From assembly GCA_037447605.1 (NCBI GenBank), contig CM074812.1:2728001-2792000 (forward strand): a DNA stretch of 64,000 nucleotides. The letters are read 5' to 3'. Shown piece by piece: positions 46,677 to 57,126 of the stretch; the first letter of the stretch is position 1, and each line of letters opens with the position of its first letter. This DNA is from Zygnema circumcarinatum SAG 698-1b. Lineage: Eukaryota > Plantae > Zygnematophyceae. The translations under genes were made by a program, and so were the position numbers. The notes beneath the pieces were generated by a model that saw only the letters and a program-made list of their open reading frames with translations, had not been told where the DNA came from and did no database searches.

Positions 46677-47723
46677 GGAAAATGATACAGGCGCCCCACT
46701 TTTTGGATATTCGCGCCCCTTTCGGGAAAAAACTGTACTTTCATGTTGGCTAATCACGCCCCCTCCTTGGATCTTTCGGGAGGAGAGATCTTGTAGACAA
46801 TCGGACCCCGCGCCTCGCGCGCAGGATCCGACCGTGCACCGACGTACGGCGCCGCGCATCGCGGCGCGGCCCGCGAGATGCGGCGAGCCTACGGAAACGT
46901 TGTCCTCACCTGACCCTTTTGGGTCAGAGGTTGCCACGTGGCAGTCTGCCATTGGACAGCCCTGCTGCCGGTCCCCCATGCCGATACAGTGGACCCCCAT
47001 AATATTTTCGCCATGGTTTCGGCAAATACTGAGCGAAAATATTGTAATTTGCAAAATATAAGGTCCGTGTTACCAATAGGCAAGCGGTATTATGTTAGAG
47101 TTCATGTCTGTTCGTACGTATCGTATCGTATCGTATTGTACCGTGCGTTAGATACACGAGCTCCTATTGGCGCCGTACCTATACCGTACGATTTAGAGAT
47201 TCTATTCGTACTTACCGTACAGCGCAAAAGCGTGACTCATGTTTGAAATCCGTTTCGATAAACAGATTTTGTATTGGAGAATAGGTCAGGTTAGGTTAAC
47301 ACCCCTAATACGACAACATTGAGTTACCGTACAAAAAGGTGGTTTCGGCAAAATCGGGGCGAATTTCTTGGGGACGCACTGTACAAGGTGGACAATATTA
47401 TGGGGGTCCACTGTATCGGCATGGGGGACCGGCAGCAGGGCTGTCCAATGGTAGACTGCCACGTCCCAACCTCTGACCCAAAAGGGTCAGGTGAGGACAA
47501 CGTTTCCGTAGGCTCGCCGCATCTCGCGGGCCGCGCCGCGATGCGCGGCGCCGTACGTCGGTGCACGGTCGGATCCTGCGCGCGAGGCGCGGGGTCCGAT
47601 TGTCTACAAGATCTCTCCTCCCGAAAGATCCAAGGAGGGGGCGTGATTAGCCAACATGAAAGTACAGTTTTTTCCCGAAAGGGGCGCGGATATCCAAAAA
47701 GTGGGGCGCCTGTATCATTTTCC
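46677..47723. mobile_element. Non-autonomous Mutator-like (MULE) foldback element with nested MITE
   Basis: 310-bp inverted arms (46677-46986 and 47414-47723) beginning GGAAAATGATAC; perfect 9-bp TSD TTGTCCCAC at 46668-46676 and 47724-47732. Confidence 0.88.
46987..47413. mobile_element. Tc1/mariner-like MITE (family B) inserted at a TA
   Basis: TIR CAGTGGACCCCCATAATATT ... AATATTATGGGGGTCCACTG, TA duplicated on both sides; related to 53573-54230 and 53728-53902. Confidence 0.82.
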
Positions 47724-49416
47724 TTGTCCCACCGACAGGCGACTTTACGGGAAAAAACTGCCTCTGAAACTGGAACTGAGACTTCAACTGGAACATAGGG
47801 AAATGCCAATGCGATATATTTGAATATGACGATATTACCAATGCTATATTTGACCCTTGCTTCAACCAATACGATACAGTTAAGATATCCAACGATACTG
47901 TACGATACGATTTGATACGCTTAAATATGATACGATACGTCACGATTCAGTCTGGTACCATACGTTTGTGTCCGTACGGTTTTTTCCAAAAAACGTCAGT
48001 TTTACAAAGTGCGCAGGATGACATCAGCTTCTGAGCGCGAGACACGTGGCGATCACTTAGCGGTCGGAACCGGCCCTAGAATAGCCTCTCCCCTGTCCCA
48101 CCTCCCTCCCCTTAGTCTCTCTGTCTCTCTCTCTCTCTTCCCTTCCCTGCCCTCTCTCTCTCTCCCTCCAGTCCCGCTCGTACTCTCTCCCTCTCCCGCC
48201 GTTTCCAACCCTCTCTCTCTCCCCCTTCTCTCTCTCTCTCCTCCTCTCTTTCAGTCCTGCTCCTTCCGCACTCGCCACGTAGCAGCTTCCGGACATAGAA
48301 GCGCGGTTCCCATTGTAGCTGCTCTGTGATCGCACAACCTGTAAGTGCGCTTTAAATCTCTCTCTCACTCTCTCTCTCTCCCTGTCTGTCTCTCTCCCTA
48401 ATTTCTCCCTCTCTCTCTTCTCCTGACTGTCTTGCTCTCTCCCTAAACTCGCTCTTCTTTCTCCCTCTCTCCCTGTCTCTCTGTCTCTCTCCCTATTCCC
48501 CCCTCCCCATTCCCCCTCTCTCTCCACCCTCTCTCCCCCCTCTATCACTCCCCCTCTCTCTCTTCACTCACTCTCGCCCCCTTCAATGTCTCTCTCTCCC
48601 CACCTCTCCCGTTCTCTCTCTCACTTTGCCTCCCTTTCCCCCACAACTCTCTCTCTCCCCCCTCTCTCTCACCACTCTTTCTCTCTCCTCTCTCCCTCTC
48701 TCACTCTCTTCCTCCCTCTCTGCTGCCTTCTCCCCCACCCCTCGCTCCCTCCCTCCCTCCCTCCCGCCTAGCAAAAAAAAAAAAAAAAAAAAAAAATCCT
48801 GAAATAGGATTTCAATTTCTGCAATGCCGAACTCTCTCGAACTCAAAATGAGAAAATGTGGAAATTTCTTAACCCAAAAACTCAAAAACCGCAAACCTTA
48901 AACTGCTCTGAACCCAAAACCCTAAACCACACAGTTTGGATTATGAGCTATACTAAATAATATCTGAACTTTAAAATTGAAAGAAAATTTCTTCTTGCTG
49001 ACGCGGTGACATGTATTTCCTGAAGACATTTTTATCAGTTTTTAGGGTCTTCGAAATTTTAGGGTTTCAGAATACTTGAATTCTCAGGTTTTTAGGCTTT
49101 TGGGATTCTATGGTTTTGGGGTTTTTAGGGTTTGAAGATTTGAGGATTTCAGGTCTCCGTTGTGAAGGCCTTTTTTGGGGGTTTCAGGAATTAGGGTTTG
49201 GATATTAAGGGTTACAACTTTTCATGGTTTAGGGTTCAGGGCGGCCTTCTATCTAAAATTGTTCGTTGTTTGTTTGGAGCTTTACGGAGTTAGGGGTATT
49301 TGGATTAAGGATTGGTTTTTAGATTAGAGGTTGTAGGGTGTTCCAGTTGGAGGATTTGGGGTTTTAGGCCGTTCGAAGGTTTTAGGTTGTAGGGTCTCCA
49401 TCCTGTCCCTCTCTCC

Positions 49417-49447
<31 letters not shown>

Positions 49448-49730
49448 GCTCTCTCTCTCTTTTCCTCTTCCCCCCCATTCCCCTCTCCCCATCCATAGCC
49501 TGATGCCCCCCCTCCCTCTCTCCCTCTCTCCCTCTCTCCATCTCTCCCTCTCTCCCTCTCTCCCTCTCTCCCTCTCTCCCTCTCTCCTTCTCTCCCTCTC
49601 TTCCTCTCTCCCTCTCTTCCTCCCCCCTCCCCCCTCCCCCCCTCCCCCCTGCCCCCTTCCACCATCCCATCCCACAACACCCACCCCTTCCCCCCCCCCC
49701 TTCCGTTCCATGTGCAGCCTCCGTTCCGTC

Positions 49731-50579
49731 ATGGACAACGACGACGAGGATATCCACATGGAGCTCGAGACCGTTCTCAAAACCCTAACGGCGTACTGCA
49801 CACAGCGAACGACCCTCTTCCTTTACTCAATGCAGGACGAACAAAACCGCTGCGTTTCCGGAACATCCGAAGCCGAAAAACAAACTTTCGATGCCTTCCA
49901 ACAATGTGTTTCCGCGGGCCATTTCAGAAAGCAGAGAAGACAATGTTGGGAAATCGTGCTGCCCCGACCAATCCCGGAAGAGTTTCAGCTGCCCGTCTAC
50001 GACGACGAGACGTTCCAAAAAACTTTTCGGCTGCCCAGACCCTCCTTCCAACGGCTGCTTGAGTCAGTCAAAGGCCATTTGGCGACTAACCCACCGGCGG
50101 GATTGGCCAATATTCCCAATAGGAGACTTTCCCCAGAGAGACAACTAATGGCGGGAGTTTACCGGCTTGCACAGGGAGGATATCTCACGCTGCCCGCGAA
50201 AATTTTTGGGATTGCAAGGCCGACGATAAGTAAAGTTCAAGCTCGAGTTTTGAAAGCTATTATTGAAGTGGAGGGCCCCAAAAGGCAGCTTTGGCCGCAA
50301 GGGGAAGCTTTAGAGAGTCTTGTGAAGGCAGTGAGAAGCAAACATGTTGTCCCAAATTTCGCTATGGAATGTGTAGACCATCATTTCCATCTTTTGCCGT
50401 TACAAAAGCAGTGGAAAGGGTTGGTGGGAGTGATAGACCAACCGGACCCATCACGACTGCAGGCTTTAGTGATGACTTGCTGCATTCTGCAGAACATTTT
50501 ATTGGACGATGGGTATGACTTTGAGGCGGAGGTGGAGGAGGTGGTGGAGGTGGAGCAGATGAAGGAGGAGGAGGGGTGA
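49731..50579 (+). CDS. Harbinger transposase-derived protein (HARBI1/ALP1/ALP2-like), catalytic core deleted, 282 aa
   Basis: Intact frame with Harbinger motifs DDETFQKTFRLPRPSF, LSPERQLMAGVYRLAQG, FGIARPTISK, WP...VPN..CVD, joined almost directly to C-terminal QKQWKGL...TCCILQNIL. A possible 5'UTR intron runs from 48341 (GTAAGT) to 49717 (TGCAG). Confidence 0.72.
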   Translation: MDNDDEDIHMELETVLKTLTAYCTQRTTLFLYSMQDEQNRCVSGTSEAEKQTFDAFQQCVSAGHFRKQRRQCWEIVLPRPIPEEFQLPVYDDETFQKTFRLPRPSFQRLLESVKGHLATNPPAGLANIPNRRLSPERQLMAGVYRLAQGGYLTLPAKIFGIARPTISKVQARVLKAIIEVEGPKRQLWPQGEALESLVKAVRSKHVVPNFAMECVDHHFHLLPLQKQWKGLVGVIDQPDPSRLQALVMTCCILQNILLDDGYDFEAEVEEVVEVEQMKEEEG

Positions 50580-51399
50580 GAGGAGGGGGAGGGAGGGGGC
50601 GATGGGAGAGAGGAGGGGTGAGAGGAGAGGGAGGGAGGGGGGTGGAGGGGGAGGGAGGGGGGGAGGGGAGAGAGGAGGGGGAGGGAGGGGGGAGGGAGGG
50701 GGGAGGGGTGAGAGGAGGGGGAGGGAGGGGGAGGGAGGGGGGAGGGAGGGGGGAGGGGTGAGAGGAGGGGGAGAGAGGGGGGTGGAGGGGGAGGGAGGGA
50801 GGCAAGGGGGGAGGGGTGAGACGAGGGGGAGGGAGGGAGGGTGGAGGGGGAGGAAGGGGGGGAGGGGTGGAGGGGTGAGAGGAGGGGGAAGGAGGGAGGA
50901 AGGGGGGGAGGGGGGAGGGAGGAGGAGAGGGAGGGAGACGGAAAGGGGAGGAAACGGAGACATTTGAGGGGAAGAACGATGGGGAGAGGAGGGGGGGTGG
51001 GGAGGAGAGTGAGAGGAGGGGTGAAGCGGAGGAGAAGGTAGAGGAAAGAGAGGAAAGGTCAGTTGGGAGAGGAAGAGAGAGAGAGAGGGGGAGGGAGACA
51101 GAGAGAGACGGACGAAGAGAGAGGAGAGAAAAGGACAAGAGCGATGGAACAAGTGTTATTCGAGGGATCTTTAGGCTGAAGAAAGTTCATGATTTAGGGT
51201 TTCAATACTTCGGAGATTTTTAGGGTTTTCTGGGTTCAGATGTGATGTAGCTCAAATGTGATGTTGGGAGTGAGTGATGTTGGGAAAACAATATGTTGGT
51301 TAGGGCAAATGTGATGTAGGTTTGGCTCCTTGGATGATGTAGGAAGTGACTTGAAGGTGGAATTATGTTCGGCTTAGCACCAAAAATTGGACTGATTGG

Positions 51400-52030
51400 A
51401 AGGTTTAGGGTTTAGGGTTTAAGGGCTTTGTGGTTTCGAGCTGTACAGATAGTGTAGCGTGACGTGACATGACGTGACGTGATGTGACAGTGTGATGTTG
51501 CAAGACAAAATGTGATATGAGGACGCAGCCACTCACTGCTTTGGAAAGAAAAGTATGTGATGTTGAACATGAGGGAAAGTGATGTTGCGAATGAGCGGGA
51601 TGCGTGACATGATGTCGTGGGGAGGTGGAAGTATGCAAGGCTTGAAGGGGAGGGTTTAGTTATGTTCAGGTTTTAGGGTTCAAGGGTGAAGGGTTTGGGG
51701 TTAAGGGTTAGGGTTAGGGTTCAGGGTGCAAAGGGTTTCAGGTTCAGGGTTTAAGGGTAAGGTTTAGGGTTCAGGGTGCAAAGGGTTAAGGTTCAGGGTT
51801 TAAGGGTAAGGTTTGGGGTTCAGGGTGCAAAGGGTTAAGGTTCAGGGTTTAAGGGTAAGGTATAGGGTTCAGGGTGTGAAGGGTTAAGGTTTAGGGTTTT
51901 AGGGTTGGGGTTCAGGATTCAGGGCTATGGTTAGACTGAGGGTTTAGGGTATGGGGTGCGGGGTGCGGGGTGCGGGGTTTGGAATGTATGGTCTAGGTTC
52001 TAGGTCCTAGGGTTTAGGGTTTAACGGGTT
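51400..52030. repeat. Degenerate telomere-like (TTTAGGG/TTCAGGG) tract including a 39-bp unit repeated about 4 times
   Basis: AGGGTTTAGGG-like motifs and a tandem GGTTCAGGGTTTAAGGGTAAGGTTTAGGGTTCAGGGTGCAAAG-like unit at about 51710-51890. Confidence 0.75.
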
Positions 52031-52037
52031 TTTACTT

Positions 52038-52736
52038 GGGGGCGACTATTTACAGTGTACTTTTTTTGAATGTAGTGTACGTTTTCGCCGGGCAGCAAAA
52101 AAAAGGATTTTTTTGTTGCCCGGCGCTGTTTCATACTTTTCAGAATAGATACAGACCTTTTTTCGTCGGATGTACGGATAGTGATTTGAAATGTACGAAG
52201 CGCGCGCGTCTACAAGGTATAAGGGCGCAACACGTGGAGCGACATGATTGGTCACGGCAACATATGACGTGACAAGTATGTTTGGGACCGTGACGTGACG
52301 AAACGAGACGCGACAAAAGTGGAGTCCGCGGACGGCAGTCGGAAATGGCGGGAATTAAAACTGACAGAAAAAGATAGGGCACATAACGTAGCGTGTTTCA
52401 GGAAAAGTCTGTCCGTTTTAATTCCCGCCATTTCCTACTGCCGTCCGCGGACTCCACTTTTGTCGCGTCTCGTTTCGTCACGTCACGGTCCCAAACATAC
52501 TTGTCACGTCATATGTTGCCGCACCAATCATGTCGCTCCACGTGTTGCGCCCTTATACCTTGTAGACGCGCGCGCTTCGTACATTTCAAATCACTATCCG
52601 TACATCCGACGAAAAAAGGTCTGTATCTATTCTGAAAAGTATGAAACAGCGCCGGGCAGAAAAAAAATCCTTTTTTTGCTGCCCGGCGAAAACGTACACT
52701 ACATTCAGAAAAAGTACACTGTAAATAGTCGCCCCC
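52038..52736. mobile_element. Non-autonomous Mutator-like foldback element, 699 bp
   Basis: About 323-bp TIRs starting GGGGGCGACTATTTACAGTG, about 55-bp spacer; flanks TTTTTACTT (52029-52037) and TTTTTACTC (52737-52745) give a 9-bp TSD with one mismatch. Confidence 0.85.
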
Positions 52737-53572
52737 TTTTTACTCATGGATAACTGGATAGCCCTACACATGTCAAGAACACGCAACGCGACAACAATAA
52801 AGTACGGTAGTCGTAATGCGGACAGCCTTTTTTTGTCGCATACGTCAGAGGCAGCCGGAAATAGACAGCTGATGTACGGACTGTGGATTTTTGTTTAACG
52901 ACCAGTTAAGCGTTCTCACCAACAGCAAACAGCAAATACAGCATAGACACGCGCATAGAAACCAGCAGGACCCAAAAACGGAACTGCACTGAGGGCTGTC
53001 GATTCTCCATGTAGTCGTGGTGTCTACCAATGACGATTGGCATTGACGTATGCAGCATTGTCCACGTGGCGTGTTGCCATTCGACATGCTCGCTTAAAGT
53101 TGACAGCCCAGATGATGGCGAACTTGGCCTCTCTTGACTTAATTGACCCGGGTGGACTTTCTTGACTCGGTTGACTTTCATGTGTCCATTCATGCACCCC
53201 ATCATGAGAAACCATCCATGTATACATCGACAAAATTGAGGTACTAAGACTTGCTCGTGTTGTTGCATTGACAAGTGGATGTCGTAAATGCAATTTAGCA
53301 TCCAATTGATTATTTAGGGTTTAAGGAACTCATGGGATTTCGGGTTTCGCCATATTTCAGTGTACTTAGGTTTGTTAAGGGTTTGACGGCTTTAGGGTTT
53401 TAGGATTCGCCTTCACATTAGGGGGAGTCGGACATTGACCATCGCCAAATCAATTTCGTAGGCCTGTCGGTCGAATTAAGCATTGGCTACAGTAGGTACG
53501 CATTTCGGTACGGCTGGGCTCGGCGGATCCGCGGATCCCGACCCGGAATTCGTACACAAAAGAAGTGACTTT

Positions 53573-54230
53573 TAGTACCCCCAATATTTTCGCCCCTCTT
53601 ATTTTCGCTACCCAATATTTTCGCCCTGATTTTGCCAAAACCACTTTTTTGTACGGTAAACCAGTGTTAGCCTACTGACCGTACTGACCGTACTAGTCAA
53701 ACTGTACTAGGCTTACGATTCGTACTACAGTAGACCCCCCCAATATTTTCGCCATGGTTTCGGCAAATATTGGGCGAAAATATAAGGGTGCGTGTTAACA
53801 ATAGGCGGACAGTATTATATTAAAAAGTGGTTTTGGCTAATTCAGGGCGAAAATATTGGGGAGCGAAAATAAGAGGGGCGAAAATATTGGGGGGGTCTAC
53901 TGTAGCCGTATTGACCGTACTGTACTAGGCTTAAGAGCCGTACTAGCCGTATTAGCCGTACTGTACTAACCTTACTAGCCGTACTAGCTGTACTAGCCGT
54001 TACGGGCTCAACGACTCTTCCGCACTTGCCGCCGTAAGAGGCGCTCGCTCCTCTCCTCTTCTTCTGGACTTCGATACGGTACGATACGATACGATACGTA
54101 CGAACAAACAGTAACTTAAACCTAATACCGCCCGCCTATTGTTAACACGGACACCCTTATATTTTCGCTACCCAATATTTTCGCCCAATATTTGCCGAAA
54201 CCATGGCGAAAATATTGGGGGGGTCTACTG
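53573..54230. mobile_element. Family B mariner-like MITE, long form, inverted relative to 46987-47413
   Basis: Right TIR AATATTGGGGGGGTCTACTG followed by TA; internal segments are reverse-complement similar to 47007-47150 and 47323-47365. Confidence 0.68.
53728..53902. mobile_element. Family B mariner-like MITE, short form (175 bp)
   Basis: TA|CAGTAGACCCCCCCAATATTTTCGC ... GCGAAAATATTGGGGGGGGTCTACTG|TA. Confidence 0.88.
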
Positions 54231-54672
54231 TATACTAAAGTCGGAAATTTAGTACGGGGGTAAGTCTGACCCCCCCTAATGGATTCGGTTGCAAGTTCGA
54301 CACGGATCCTTTGAAATTTTGTGGGACTGAACATTGCATGGCTTCTATGTGTGCATTGCAAACTGAGAGAGAACGGAGATAGAGGCACATGGAACAGGCA
54401 TCAATGCTGAACTGTGACTGACTGCCTAAGAAAGAAAGAGGAAACGAGCGGGCGAAGATAAAAAGAGAGATTGGACGAAGGAGAGAGGGAAGGAGGGAGG
54501 GAGTGAGAGACGAGAGAGGAAGCGAGAGGGAGGGAGAGAGGGAGAAGAGAGAGAGGGAGAGCGAGGGAGGGAGAGAGAGGAAGGGAGAGTGAGTGACAAG
54601 AGAGAGAGAGAGCGAGAGAGATAGAGGGAGGGAGAGAAGAGACATAGGGAATGAGGGAGGGAGAGGAGAGAT

Positions 54673-54732
<60 letters not shown>

Positions 54733-54852
54733 AGAGAGACAGAGATAAAAACTAAAGAAAACGGTATGAATTAAATCCCCCCAAAAGAATACTGTACAAC
54801 ACTCCACCTGCTCTCACATACAACACCAAAAAAAAAAAAAAAAAATGTTACT

Positions 54853-57066
54853 TCAACTCCCCTCTCTCTTTCGGAAGGAAACCACGAGCGGAAATCCGTC
54901 CGAGGTTTCGTTCTGCGGATACTGCGGCTCGTTCCATGCTGTGCAGTTCAGTTCCGTTGAGGCCAACACATAGCCAGCTCCGGGGTCCCTGCTGTCAGTT
55001 CCAGGATACGGACCCATAACTGAAACCCTAGTGTCATATAACCCCGTTGACAACAAAGCGTTGTACGGAACGCTTAACGGAGCCACATTGAAATCGCCCC
55101 CAAAGACTAGGGGCACCCCCCTCCCTTCATATACCCCATTTTCCCCATTTTCCCCAAAACTCGAAGTTTGAACTTCGCTCGAATTGTTGGGTTTTTGGTA
55201 GGAAACCAGGTTTGCCACTATGGTCGATACTCGTTTTGCTTGTTGCGATATATCGCTTTCGAGGTCCCCAAAATGAGCATTCATGAGATGAACTTCGACC
55301 CCCATCGCAAGAACAACCGCATGCTGAAAACATGAATTTTCTCCGAATTCCGAAGGCAGAATTTCGGAAACTGAAGATTTGAAGGGGAATACGGAAAGCA
55401 TGGAACAGCCCCACGTGTCCGCCCGGGTGGGGGGGATGTGCAGGCCATACATACTGTGCCACGTGGCCAAAAAGTCGACCTGTTACAAGCAGGAAATAGA
55501 GGTTCAGTTGGAGGAAGGGAGAGAGTGGGGAGGGGTGGGGAGGGAAGGGGGGAAGAGTGGGAGAGGGAGAGGGAAAGAGGGAGAGGGAGAGGGAGAGAGA
55601 AAGAGGGAGCGGGAGAGGGAGAGGGAGAGGGAGAGGNNNNNNNNNNGAGAGGGAGGGGGGAAGGGAGAGGGAGAGGGAGATGGAGAGGGAGAGGAAGAGG
55701 GAGAGGGAGAGGGGCAAGGGAGGGGGGGAGGTGGGAGGGGAGGGCAACGGGGAGGGAGAGGGGAATAGAGGAGAAGGAGAGGTAGAGGGGGAGGGATGGA
55801 AAAGGAAGTGGGGAAGACAGAGGGAGAAGGAGAGGGATGAGGGTGAGGGAGGAGGAGAGGGGAGGGGAAGGGGCAGAGGGGGAGAGGTAAAGGGGGAAAG
55901 GTCGGAAGTGAAGTAGGGGAGAGATAGAAGGGAGAGGGGTGGGGGAGAGGGAGCGCAGAAGGGGGAGGGAGTGGGAGAGGCGAGGGGGGAGGGGGGAGGA
56001 GAAGAGTGGGAAAGGGAGAGGGAGAAGGAGAGGGAGAGGGGGAGAGAGAAGAGGGGAGTAAGGAATACTGACGAGGTCCTGATTTCCGTGAACGATGTGA
56101 AGGAGATCGGATTCCTGAAGCCTGGTCACCCCCAGACATGAAGAGTGAGAGAGGGAGAGAGTGAGAGAGAGGGGCGGGGAGAGGGAGAGGTGGGGAGAGC
56201 AGGAGAGGGGGAGAGTGTGAGAGGGAAGTGCAAGGAAGAGAGAGGAAGAGGGTGGGAGGGAGAGAGAGGCGGAGTGGGGGAGTTGGAGAGAGAAAGTGGG
56301 AGCGAGAGAGGGAGAGGGAGAGAGAGATGGAGAGAGGCAGAGAGAGGGCGAGGAGAGAGAGTGGAAGAGAGATTGAGAGAGAGGGAGAGGAAGAGTGGGA
56401 GAGAGAGGGATGGAGGCAGAGGGAAGGAGAGGGACAGAGGAGAGGGAAAGAGAGGGAACGAGGGAGAGAGACGTAGGGAGAGATAGGAGGGAAAGAGTGG
56501 GAGCGGTAGTGTGGGAGGGAAGGGGTGGGGGAGAGAGGGGGGAGAGGGTGAGGGGCCAGAGTGCGAGAAAGAGAGAGATAAGGGGAAGAGTGATAGAGAA
56601 AAAGGGGGGAAGATAGACAGAGAGGGAGAGATAGTGGAGGAGATTAAGGATGAAGGACGAAAGAATAATAGAGAGGAGGGGGAGAGCGAGAGTGGGGGGG
56701 TGAGTGTGAGAGGGGGGAAGTGGGGGGAAAAAAGTGAGAGAGGGAGAGAGACAATGATGGGAGAGAGTGAGGGGAGAGAGACAGAGAGAGTGAGAAAGAG
56801 GAATAATCTTCAGTTCCATACACTCACATCACTACATGTGGCTTTTGCTCCCTCAAAATTTTCCGAAGTGCGTCGAAATTTTCGCCTCCTGCCCGGGTGA
56901 ACCCCTGCTGCACATTGAAGCTCAAAACACGAAAAATTTCGTCTCCGGGCAGCCGGGAACCTTCCGGAAGCTTCCAAAATCCATACGCTCCGCGCAGCCC
57001 GAAACCGACCAATAAGATGAAAGCAACCATTGCGAAAAGGGCTCCTATTGCCTGTAATTCCAACAT

Positions 57067-57126
<60 letters not shown>

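Larger units (their letters stand above)
53421..54276. mobile_element. MITE family A copy interrupted by nested family B MITEs
   Basis: Left TIR GGGGGAGTCGGAC and family A body run to 53577, followed by inserted elements, then the right end TAAGTCTGACCCCCCC; TA flanks. Confidence 0.72.

Noticed and set aside
46648-47869. Duplicated ORFs 46648-47061 (+) and 47324-47869 (-), plus their antisense partners
   Set aside because: They are the two GC-rich arms of the MULE palindrome; no transposase or other motif.
52036-52786. Paired ORFs with shared peptides
   Set aside because: Products of the inverted repeat arms of the second foldback element.
52845-53305. Complex-sequence ORFs of 80-131 aa between transposons
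   Set aside because: No recognisable domain, splice chain or codon pattern; likely intergenic or TE-derived.
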